Of a stretch of 64,000 nucleotides of DNA, positions 34,246 to 43,107 are shown in pieces (the stretch's first letter is position 1; every line of letters starts with the position of its first letter). The stretch covers positions 42,913 to 106,912 of the forward strand of contig JBHEMU010000146.1 in NCBI GenBank assembly GCA_046262415.1, in the 5' to 3' direction. Origin of the DNA: Gaiellaceae bacterium. Lineage in GTDB: Bacteria; Actinomycetota; Thermoleophilia; Gaiellales; Gaiellaceae. Position numbers and translations under genes: made by a program. The notes under the pieces are model-generated. The model saw only the letters and a list, made by a program, of their open reading frames with translations. It was not told the origin of the DNA and made no database searches.

Positions 34246-37200
34246 CTAGACCGTATCCGCGGCCCGGCGCCGTCCGAAGCGCAGGTACAGGGCCGGCACC
34301 GCGAAGAGGTTCACGAACGTCGAGGTGACAAGGCCGCCGACGATCACGACCGCCATCGGGTGCTCGATCTCGTGGCCCGGGATGTCGCCGTAGAGCAGCA
34401 GCGGCACGAGCGCGAGGCCGGTGGCGAGCGCGGTCATCAGGATCGGTGACAGTCGCTCGAGGGCGCCCCGGAGCACGAGCCCTACACCGAAGGGCTCTCC
34501 TTCCTCCCGCTCGAGGTGCTGGTAGTGGTTGATCAGGAGGATGCCGTTGCGGGCGGCGATGCCGAACACCGTGAAGAAGCCGACGAGCGCCCCGAGCGAG
34601 ATCGTCCCGCCGGTGGCGAACACCGCCAGCACCCCGCCGACGAGCGCCATCGGCAGGGTGACGAAGAAGAGGGACGCGAGGCGCCAGCTGCCGAAGGCGA
34701 CCTGGAGGAGGAGGAAGACGGCGATCGCCGCGGCCGCGGCGAGCCAGCGGAGCCTGTTCTGGGCGGCGGCCCGTTCCGCCGACTCGCCCAGCAGCTCGGC
34801 GTGGTAGCCGCGCGGGAAGTCCACCCGGGCGAGAGCCCGCTCGACGTCCGCCACGACCGAGCCGAGATCGCGGCCTCCGAGGTCGCCGGTGACGTCGAGT
34901 CGCCGGGAGATGTTCTCCCGCTTGATGATGTTCGGCGTGGGGGCGACGCGCACGTCCGCAACGTCGGCCAGCAGCACGTGCCCTCCGTGGGGCTTGTCGA
35001 TGACGAGGTTCCGAATGCTCGTGAGGCTGTTGCGCGTGGCGGGCGTGCTCCAGACGTTGACGTCGGTGACCCGGGCCGGCTGCCAGATGTCGTTGACCTC
35101 CACGCCCTGGACGAGCGTCGCGGCCGCGCGCCGGATGTCGCCCGGCTTCAGACCGTGGCGCCGGGCCGCCGCGAGATTCGTCTCCACCTCGACGTGCGGG
35201 ATGTCCTCCTGGAGCTCGACGTGCAGGTCGACGAGGCCGTCGATGCCGGCGAGCTCCCGGCTCACCCTGTCCGCCTGGCGGCGAAGAACCCCGAGCTCCG
35301 GCCCGAAGATGCGGACGACGATCGCGTGGCTCGAACCCGTCAGGACCTCCCGGACGCGCTCCCTGAGGTACGTCTGCACGTCGCGGAACAGCCCGGGATA
35401 GCCGTCCACGACCTCGTGCACGGCTGCCAGCGTCTCGTCGTAGTCGGCGTCGGGGTCGACGCTGATCCAGTTCTCGCCGAAGTCGACGTTGACGACCTCG
35501 TCCGCGAAGCCTGCCTGGCCGATGTGGGACCCGCAGTTCCGCACTCCGGGAATCGAGCGCAGCTCGCGGCAGGCCAGAACCGAGATCCGCGTCTCTTCGG
35601 GGAGGGACGTTCCCGGCGTCGTCAGCCAGTGCATCAGGAAGTCCCGCTCCTTGAAGTTCGGCAGCAGCGACTGACCGAGAAACGGTGTCACTGCGAGGCC
35701 GGCTGCCGCGATCACCCCGACCGCGGCGTAGACGGGGCGGGGTCGCCGGATCACCGCGGCGAGCAAGCCGCCGTAGACGAGCTTGAGCCGCCGGACGACC
35801 GGGGAGTCGGGGCGCTCGAGGCGCGCCCGGCGCAGGAGGATCAGGCTCAGAGCCGGAGTCACCATCAGAGCGACGACCATCGAGGCGAGCACGGCGAGGG
35901 CGTACGAGAGAGCGAGCGGCTCGAAAAACGCTCCGGACAGGCCTTCGACGAAGAAGATGGGCACCACGACGATGACGTTGATCAGCGTCGCGTAGACGAT
36001 CGGGCTGCGCACCTCGAGCGTGGCCTCGAGAATGACCCTGGGAATCGGTCGGTGGCCGCCCTCGCTGCGGTGCTGCCGGAGGCGCCGCCAGATGTTCTCG
36101 ATGTCGATGATCGCATCGTCGACCACGACTCCGACGGCGATCACGAGGCCCGCGAGCACCATCGTGTTGATCGTGGCCCCGCGCAAGGCGAGGACGATCG
36201 CGGCCGCTGTCAGCGAGAGCGGGATCGAGACCAGGCTGATGAAGGCGGTGCGCCACTCGAAGAGGAAGGCGATCAGAACGAGGACGAGGAGCAGGCAGCC
36301 GATCAGGAGCGCGCGCGTCAGGTTCTCGATCGCGACCTCGATGAAGGTGGCCGGGCGGAAGATCGTCGAGTCGATCTCGATACCCGTCAGGCCGGGCCGG
36401 AGCGACTCGAGGGCTTCCTCGACGCCGCGGGTCACCTCCAGCGTGTTCGCCGACGGGAACTTCTCGACGACGAGGAGGAGCCCCTTGCCGTCGTTGACGA
36501 CCGCGTCGCCCACGAGATTCGGATGCCCGATGACGACATCGGCCACGTCGCCAAGCCGAAGGCGCGTGCCGTCCGGCGCGTCGAAGCCCACCCCGGCAAG
36601 GTCGCGGGGGGAGAGGATCGGAGCCTCGTAGTGGATGCCCAGACGCTGGTTCGGCGTCTCGACGAAACCGCCGGTCCCCACCATCGAGCCCGGCGAGTAC
36701 TTGAGGAGCACGGCATCGAGGGAATCGGCGGCGACCTCCATCACGCGCTGCACCGACACCCCGTGGGCGCGCATCCGCTCGGGATCGACGAGCACCTGCT
36801 GCTGCACCTGCCGCTGCCCCCAGATGGCGACGTTGGCCACTCCGGGCACGCGCAGCAGGCGCTGCCTGACCGTGTGCCGGACGATGCTGGACAGCTCGAT
36901 CAGCGAGTACCGCTCGGACGAGAGGCCGATCTTCATGACGCGGCTCGTCGAGGAGAGCGGCTGCATCATCAGCGGCGGGGCAGCCCAGCTCGGCAGCGTC
37001 GGCGCCACCGAGGCGAGGCGCTCCTGCACGAGCTGGCGGGCCTTCAGCCACTCCGTCCCGCGCTTGAAGATGAGGGTGATCGACGACAGCTGCTCCACGG
37101 ACGACGAGCGAATGACGTCGAGCTCGGCCACCCCCGCCAGGTTCTGCTCCAGCGGGACGGTGATGTACTCCTCCACCTCCGCCGCCGACAGCCCGATGCA

Positions 37201-37353
37201 CGGGGTCTGGATCTCCACCCGCGGCGGCGCGAACTCCGGGAAGACGTCGACGGGAGCCTGGCGCACCTCCGCGACGCCGAAGAACATCATCGCCGCGGAC
37301 GCGAAGATGACGAGCCAGCGGAACCTGAGGCTCGATCTGACGATCCAGCGCAT
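34246..37353 (-). CDS. RND efflux transporter permease (CzcA/CusA-like), paralog 1
   Basis: 1035 aa. N-terminus MRWIVRSSLRFRWLVIF..VDVFPEFAPPRVEIQTPCIGLSAAEVEEYITVPLE is typical of the CzcA/CusA family. 12-TM architecture with two large loops. Confidence 0.9.
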   Translation of the reverse strand: MRWIVRSSLRFRWLVIFASAAMMFFGVAEVRQAPVDVFPEFAPPRVEIQTPCIGLSAAEVEEYITVPLEQNLAGVAELDVIRSSSVEQLSSITLIFKRGTEWLKARQLVQERLASVAPTLPSWAAPPLMMQPLSSTSRVMKIGLSSERYSLIELSSIVRHTVRQRLLRVPGVANVAIWGQRQVQQQVLVDPERMRAHGVSVQRVMEVAADSLDAVLLKYSPGSMVGTGGFVETPNQRLGIHYEAPILSPRDLAGVGFDAPDGTRLRLGDVADVVIGHPNLVGDAVVNDGKGLLLVVEKFPSANTLEVTRGVEEALESLRPGLTGIEIDSTIFRPATFIEVAIENLTRALLIGCLLLVLVLIAFLFEWRTAFISLVSIPLSLTAAAIVLALRGATINTMVLAGLVIAVGVVVDDAIIDIENIWRRLRQHRSEGGHRPIPRVILEATLEVRSPIVYATLINVIVVVPIFFVEGLSGAFFEPLALSYALAVLASMVVALMVTPALSLILLRRARLERPDSPVVRRLKLVYGGLLAAVIRRPRPVYAAVGVIAAAGLAVTPFLGQSLLPNFKERDFLMHWLTTPGTSLPEETRISVLACRELRSIPGVRNCGSHIGQAGFADEVVNVDFGENWISVDPDADYDETLAAVHEVVDGYPGLFRDVQTYLRERVREVLTGSSHAIVVRIFGPELGVLRRQADRVSRELAGIDGLVDLHVELQEDIPHVEVETNLAAARRHGLKPGDIRRAAATLVQGVEVNDIWQPARVTDVNVWSTPATRNSLTSIRNLVIDKPHGGHVLLADVADVRVAPTPNIIKRENISRRLDVTGDLGGRDLGSVVADVERALARVDFPRGYHAELLGESAERAAAQNRLRWLAAAAAIAVFLLLQVAFGSWRLASLFFVTLPMALVGGVLAVFATGGTISLGALVGFFTVFGIAARNGILLINHYQHLEREEGEPFGVGLVLRGALERLSPILMTALATGLALVPLLLYGDIPGHEIEHPMAVVIVGGLVTSTFVNLFAVPALYLRFGRRRAADTV

Positions 37354-37364
37354 CGCTCAGCCGC

Positions 37365-37817
37365 TCAGTGGTCGACCCCGAGCTCGGCCCCGTACAGCTC
37401 GGCCGCGCCGACCGAGACCACCTGAACTCCGTCGCGCGGCCCCTTCGAAAGCGTTGCCTCCACGCCCTCGATCGCGTCGATCGACACCCGGGCCCGCACG
37501 AACGTCAGCGGCCTGACCCGGATGTAGACCCAGGTCCTTCCCCGCTCGTCGTACAGCACCGACGAGTAGGGCACGACCCGCCTCCGGACCGGGACGGTTC
37601 GGAGTCCGAGCCGTCCCGCGGCGCTCTGCGAGAGCCTCACCCTGCTCAGCTCGGTGCCCTTGATCGGCTCGACGCGCGCGGGCGGCTCGCCGGTCGCCCC
37701 GGCATCCTCCGAGACGTCGCGCTCGGCGAGCTCGAGGCCGACCAAGACGCCGGTCAGGACGAGTGCCATGAGGAGCGCCCACTGGGTGCCGCTTCGCCCG
37801 GATTTCCTGTTCTCCAT
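37365..37817 (-). CDS. membrane-anchored minimal RND adaptor-like protein (beta-barrel part only)
   Basis: 150 aa with SD GGAGGAG. N-terminal TM WALLMALVLTGVLVGL. ..LSQSAAGRLGLRTVPV.. then ..VVPYSSVLYDERGRTWVYIRVRP..FVRARVSID..GVQVVSVGAAELYGAE resembles the first strand and C-terminal barrel of MFP/HlyD_D23 adaptors. No room for lipoyl or coiled-coil hairpin domains. Confidence 0.65.
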   Translation of the reverse strand: MENRKSGRSGTQWALLMALVLTGVLVGLELAERDVSEDAGATGEPPARVEPIKGTELSRVRLSQSAAGRLGLRTVPVRRRVVPYSSVLYDERGRTWVYIRVRPLTFVRARVSIDAIEGVEATLSKGPRDGVQVVSVGAAELYGAELGVDH

Positions 37818-37827
37818 CTTCTCCTCC

Positions 37828-40800
37828 TCAGGTGGCTCGAGCGAGGCCGGGGTCGATGGTGGCCTCGTGCTCGTCGGCTACCGGCTCCCCGGTCGAGCCG
37901 ACCAGCAGGTAGAGCGCCGGGACGACCCAGAGCGCGTACAGCACGCAGGTGAGCAGGCCGCCGAGGAGAGCGACAGCGAGAGGTCGCGCGATCTCGAACC
38001 CCTCGACGCTCCCGAGGACGAGGAACGGCGCCACGGCGAGCGCGGTGCCGAGAGCCGTCGCCAGAATCGGGGCCAGCCGCTCCTGCGTTCCGCCGAGCAC
38101 GAGCTCCGGACCGGCCGGCTCACCCGACTCGCGCCGGAGACGGTCGAAGCGGTCGATCAGTACGACGCTCCAGCGGACGGCGAGCGCGAAGACGGCCAGC
38201 AGGGCGGCTGCCGCCCCCAGCGACAGCTCGTCGTCCGTGACCGACGCAGCCAGGACTCCGCCCGACAGGGCGGCCGGCAGCGTCACGAGGACGGCGAACG
38301 CCAGCCGCCAGCTTCCGAATGCCGCCTGCAGGAGCAGCAGGATCGCGACCAGGGCGGCGGCGACGTAGGTGAGCGTGCGCGTGCGCGCGGCATCTCGTTC
38401 CGAGGCGTCCTCGAGCACCTCGGCGTGGTACTCGAGCGGGAAGCTCACCGCCCGGAGCTCCCCCTCGACCTCCTCGATGACCTGGTCGAGCGAACGCCCG
38501 CGCACGTCCGCGACGACGTCGATCCGCCGGGACGAGGCCGCTCGCCTGATCGCGGTCGGTGTCGGAGCGATGCGCACTGCGGCGACCGCCGCCAGGGGCA
38601 CCTGCCCGCCGCCGGGCTTGTCCACGAGGAGCTCGCGCACCGCGGTGAGGCTGTGGCGGAACTCGGGAATGCCGGTGACGAGGACCTCGAACACCTTCTG
38701 CCCCTCGAACAGGCTTCCGACCTCGATGCCCTGCGCCAGCGTGGCCGCGGCCCGGCGGACGTCTCCGGGCTTGATCCCGTGGCGGCGCGCGGCGGCGAGG
38801 TCCGGCTCGATCTGCAGGGACGGCTCGGCGGCCTGCGGCTCCACGCGCGGGTCGACCACTCCGTCGATGCCGTCGACGCGGCGGCGGACCTCCTGCGCCT
38901 TGGTGCGGAGGTACGCCAGGTCCTTGCCGTAGATGCGGACGACGAGCGGCTCGTCGGCTCCCGTCAGCGCATCGAGGCCGTCGCCGCCCTCGCCGTGCTT
39001 GCCGTCCGCCAGCGACCCGACCACCCGGATGCGCTCCCCGGAATAGGTGACGAGCTCGCGGTCGAGGCCCGGGTAGCCGTGGACCGCCGTCCGGATGCGA
39101 TTCACGCTCTCGTCGTAGTCGGCGCCGGAGTCGAGGCTCACCCAGAGCTGCGCCGAGTTGACCCCGACGATGCGATCTCCGAGGACCGCGCGACCCACGT
39201 GGACGCCGACGTTGCGGACCCCCGGTATCGCCTGCAGTTCCCGGGCCACGCGACCCGCGATCCGCACCGTCTCCTGCCGCGATGTCCCCGGTGCGGCGTT
39301 CACGTGGACCAGGAAGTCGCGCTCCTTGAACGACGGGACGAAGGACCGCCCCAAGAACGGTGTCATGACAGCGGTGGCGAGCCCGACGAGCGCCCCCGCG
39401 AGCACGACCTGACGCGGCCGGCCGAGCGCGGGCGCGAGCACGGCCGCCGAGCGTCCTTTCAGCGGGCCGAGGAGCGGTGCCCGGGACCGGCTCCGCCCGC
39501 CGCGCAGAAGCAGCGCGCTGAGCGCCGGCGTGACGGTGAGCGCCACGCCCGCGGATGCGAGGACTGCGAGCGCGTACGAGAGAGCGAGCGGCCCGAAGAA
39601 ATCGCCGGGCCGTCCGTCCAGGAAGACGACGGGCAGCACGGCGAGGACGACGATCAGCGTTGCGTAGCCGAGCGGCCTGAGCAGCTCGAGGGACGCGTCG
39701 CGGACGATCGCCTGCACATCGCCTCCGCCCTCGCGCGCGGAGCCGAGGCGCCGCCGGACGATCTCGACGCCGGCTACGGCATCGTCGACGAGGACGGCGA
39801 CGGCGATCACGAGGCCGGCGAGCACGAGCGAGTTGACGGTCTCGCCGCGTAGCGCGAGCACGAGCCCCGCTGCGACCACCGACAGCGGTACCGCGACGAG
39901 GCTGATCAGCACCGGACGCCAGTGGCGGTGGAGGGCGACGAGGACGAGCGCGAGCAGGATCGACGCGATCAGCACGGCCAGCTCGAAGTTGGCGACCGCC
40001 TCCTCGATGAAGCTCGCGGGGCGGAACACCGTCGAGTCGATCTCGATCCCGGCGAGGCCCGGCCGCATCGCGGCGAGGGCCTCCTCGACCTCGCGCGTCA
40101 CGTCGAGCGTGTTCGCACCCGGGAACTTCTCCACCACGAGCAGGAGCCCCGGTCCCCCCTTCACGACAGCGTCGCCGATCAGCGGCTGGTGGTCGATGAC
40201 CACGTCGGTCACGTCGCCGAGTCGCATCGGCCTGCCGTTCACCTGGGGCGGAGGCTCTCCGGCGACTCCGTCGACGGGCACCTCCGCCAGCTTCTCCGGC
40301 TGCGCGATCGGAAGGATGTGGCGAATCTGCAGCCGCTGATTCGGGGTGTCGATGAAGCCGCCGGTACCCGGCGTCGACGCTTCCAGGAAGCTGAGCGGCG
40401 AGACCAGCTGGGCGTTCCCGGTGGTGTTGATGATCTGCTGCAAGGAGACGCGGTGCTCCCGCAGCCGCCTCGGGTCCACCTGCACCTGCAGCTGGTGCTC
40501 GCGGTGCCCCCAGATGACGACGTTCGCGACGCCCGGCACGCCCAGCAGGCGCGGCCGGATCGTCCACCGGGCCAGCACGCCCATGTCGATCGCCGAGAGC
40601 TGGTTCGAGGACAGCCCGATCATCATCACGCGGCTGCGCGACGAGAGCGGCTGGAGCATCGAGGGCGGCTTCGCGACGCGCGGGAGGATCCCCGCCTGCG
40701 TCAGGCGCTCCTGGACGAGCTGACGGGCATCGAGGAGGTCCGTGCCGGGCTCGAACACGAGCGTGATCGACGAGAGTCCGAAGACCGACTCCGACCGGAT

Positions 40801-41044
40801 GACGTCGATTCCCGCGACGCCGTTCAAGAGGTCGCGCTCGAGCGGAACGGTCAGCAGCTCCTCGACCTCGGCCGCGGACAACCCGAGCGCCTCGGTCTGG
40901 ATCTCGACGTAGGGCGGCGTGCTCGGGCAGGACGTCGACCGGCGTGTCCTGCAGCTGGACGACCCCGAGGATCAGCGTCGCCGCGGCGCCGGCGATGACG
41001 AGGAGCCGGAAGTTCAGGCTCCACTCCACGATTCGCCTCATCAT
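37828..41044 (-). pseudogene. RND efflux transporter permease (CzcA/CusA-like), paralog 2, frameshifted near codon 45 as assembled
   Basis: N-terminus MMRRIVEWSLNFRLLVIAGAAATLILGVVQLQDTPVDVLPEH is in one frame (from 41044). The rest (..YVEIQTEALGLSAAEVEELLTVPLE.. to stop 37828) is in another. The join at about 40909-40924 (gagcacgccgccctac) needs a 1-nt deletion or 2-nt insertion to match paralog 1 (FPEFAPPRVEIQT). Confidence 0.7.
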
Positions 41045-41189
41045 CGGGTTCCCCTATGGCTCCAGGTTGGACAGGCTTCGGCGAGCGGTGCGGGCTGGAT
41101 CAATCCCTCAGCCGCCTCTACGGGGTGAGCGCCAGGCTCGGTTTGCGAGTATCGGGCCGCCCCGGCCGCCCCGTCAAGCTGACTGCCGC

Positions 41190-41219
41190 TCCAGCGCTAC
41201 GTGGCCACGTAGCGCTGGA
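41190..41219. repeat. perfect 30-bp palindrome TCCAGCGCTACGTGG|CCACGTAGCGCTGGA
   Basis: Read directly from the sequence. 15-nt arms with no spacer, in the 470-bp non-coding stretch upstream of the RND operon. It overlaps the apparent 3' end (..AYRRALAWFQRYVAT*) of a decayed minus-strand gene remnant. Confidence 0.8.
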
Positions 41220-41453
41220 ACCAGGCGAGCGCCCGCCGGTACGCCGCAGCGCGGCCCGCGCGTCAGGGCGCGAGCCGTTGACGCGGTCGTCCAGGCCGGC
41301 GTAGCCAGCACTGCAGCCTTGGAGCCGGTCAGGCGGCCGTTCTCGGGGAACGCTCCGTCATCGTCCCCTCCTCTGGGTCGGTCTGGGGCGGAATCATCGG
41401 CGATCCGGGGTAAGGCCGGGATAAAGGCGCGCGCACCGGCGAAGGGAACGCGC

Positions 41454-41482
41454 TTGACTCCGCGGGTCGCGGCCTCGAAGAT
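41454..41482 (+). promoter_or_regulatory. candidate sigma70-type promoter of the cupin gene (TTGACT-N17-GAAGAT)
   Basis: TTGACT 41454-41459, a 17-nt spacer, and GAAGAT 41477-41482. These are followed about 24 nt later by SD AAAGGAGG and ATG 41517. Confidence 0.35.
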
Positions 41483-41516
41483 CGACAGCCGACCGGACAG
41501 CGACAAAGGAGGCGCG

Positions 41517-41882
41517 ATGAGCGGACTCGAGACGAAGAGCTTCGATGCGCCCGACGAGACCCGGCCCTTCGCCGACAAGGGCAACGCGAAGGTCGTCAAC
41601 ATCGGTGACGACACGGTTCTCTACGGGACCTTCGAGCCCGGGTGGCGCTGGGCCGACCACGTAAAGCCGCTGGCGGGGACGGAGAGCTGCCAGTCGCCGC
41701 ACTTCCTCTACGTCCTCTCGGGCCGGATGGCGGTCCGGATGGACGACGGCTCCGAGGGCGAGGTCGGCCCGAACAGCGTTGCGCGGATCGAACCCGGGCA
41801 CGACGCCTGGGTCGTCGGCGACGAAGCGTGCATCGTCGTCGACTTCGGTCCCTCTGCGGCATACGCGATGCCGCAGGCGTAG
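41517..41882 (+). CDS. cupin domain protein
   Basis: 121 aa with an excellent SD. ..GWRWADHVKP..SCQSPHFLYVLSGRMAVRMDDGSEGEVGPNSVARIEPGHDAWV.. fits the two-motif cupin barrel pattern. Confidence 0.75.
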   Translation: MSGLETKSFDAPDETRPFADKGNAKVVNIGDDTVLYGTFEPGWRWADHVKPLAGTESCQSPHFLYVLSGRMAVRMDDGSEGEVGPNSVARIEPGHDAWVVGDEACIVVDFGPSAAYAMPQA

Positions 41883-41890
41883 ACCTCGCG

Positions 41891-41918
41891 CGGGAGAGCC
41901 CGGAAACGGGCTCTCCCG
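41891..41918. terminator. bidirectional hairpin terminator between convergent cupin and neuC genes
   Basis: Perfect 12-bp stem CGGGAGAGCCCG / CGGGCTCTCCCG with a GAAA loop. No U-tract. Confidence 0.65.
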
Positions 41919-41923
41919 TCACG

Positions 41924-43072
41924 TCAGTAGGCGAGCCGCTTTCGCAGCAGCCGGTCGTCGACCTCGAGCCCCTTCAGCACGCCCACGATCCGCTCCGCGG
42001 CGCGGCCGTCGGCGAGTGGCCCGGACGCGGACGCCGCACGGCCCTCACGGCGGACGCGCTCGATCGCCCCCGTGATCGCCGCCGCGGCCGGGGCCACGTC
42101 GAGCACGTTCGCGTGCCGTTCGCGGCCCTCCTGGCGCCGGCCCACGTTGACCGCGGGGAGCCCGAGGTGGGGCGCCTCGACGAGCGCGGCCGAGGAGTTG
42201 CCGACCAGCGCCGTCGCTGCCGCCATCAGCCCGAGGTAGTCGTCGTTGTCGATGTTCGGCCGAACGACGAAGCGCTCGTCGCCGGACCGCGCTTCGAGCG
42301 CCGCCAGGATCTCCTCGTAGCCGGGATCGGAGCAGGGATAGGTGACGACCGTGCGCAGGCCGGACTGCCGGGCGGCGTCCAGCACGACCTCCGCCAGCTC
42401 CCGGTTCTCCTCCCTGGAGAGGAGCGTCTCGGGGTGGACGATGGCGAGGAGGAAGTCCTCTCCGGGCGCGAGGCCGAACGACGCGCGCGCTCGCTCGGGC
42501 GGCGTGTAGAGGCCCTGGACGATCCGGTCGACGTAGGTCGAGCCGACGACGTGGATCCGCCACTCGTCCTCGCCGAGGCGGCGGATGCGCTCGGCAGCGG
42601 CCTCCGTCTCGGGAAAGTGCACGTGCGCGAGCTTCGTGATCGCGTGGCGCTGGATCTCGTCGATGTTCCCCGAGCGCTCGCCGCCCTGCGTGTGGGCCAC
42701 GGCGAGACCGAGGTTGAGCGCGGCGAAGGCAACCATCGCGTGGTCGCCCCGGTCGCCGTGCACGAGCACGACGTCAGGGCGGTGACGGTCGAGCAGGCGC
42801 GCGGCCCCGGCGAGGCAGGCGGAGAGGTTCTCGGCCCGGACGAGCCCGGTATCCCCCCGGCCGGTGCCCATCTCGATCAGCTCGACGGCGGCGTCGGGGA
42901 AGGCCGCGCGCGCCTCGCCGGCGGTGCGACCGAAGCGCTCCGCCCCGTGCTGGTCTGCCAGGAGGATCAGCAGCTCAAGCTCGGGGTCCGCCTCGACCAG
43001 CCTCATCAACGGCACGTAGGCCCCGTAGCCGCCGCGCTTCCCGGAGAAAGCGCAGATCTTCCTCACCGGCAT
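41924..43072 (-). CDS. neuC: UDP-N-acetylglucosamine 2-epimerase (hydrolysing), NeuC-like
   Basis: 382 aa. ..SGKRGGYGAYVPLM.., ..VHGDRGDHAMVAFAALNLGLAVAHTQGGERSGNIDE..RHAITKLAHVHF.. are typical of NeuC/hydrolysing epimerases. Confidence 0.85.
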   Translation of the reverse strand: MPVRKICAFSGKRGGYGAYVPLMRLVEADPELELLILLADQHGAERFGRTAGEARAAFPDAAVELIEMGTGRGDTGLVRAENLSACLAGAARLLDRHRPDVVLVHGDRGDHAMVAFAALNLGLAVAHTQGGERSGNIDEIQRHAITKLAHVHFPETEAAAERIRRLGEDEWRIHVVGSTYVDRIVQGLYTPPERARASFGLAPGEDFLLAIVHPETLLSREENRELAEVVLDAARQSGLRTVVTYPCSDPGYEEILAALEARSGDERFVVRPNIDNDDYLGLMAAATALVGNSSAALVEAPHLGLPAVNVGRRQEGRERHANVLDVAPAAAAITGAIERVRREGRAASASGPLADGRAAERIVGVLKGLEVDDRLLRKRLAY

Positions 43073-43107
43073 ATCCTAACGAGGGCCTTCCGGCGCCCTC
43101 TCTCACG

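Noticed and set aside
33891-41882. RND/ABM/cupin block as a horizontally inserted genomic island splitting the sialic-acid genes
   Set aside because: There is no integrase, transposase, tRNA or flanking direct repeat, and composition looks the same as the surroundings. The split of neuC from neuA/neuB is real, but I cannot support a mobile-island claim from the sequence.
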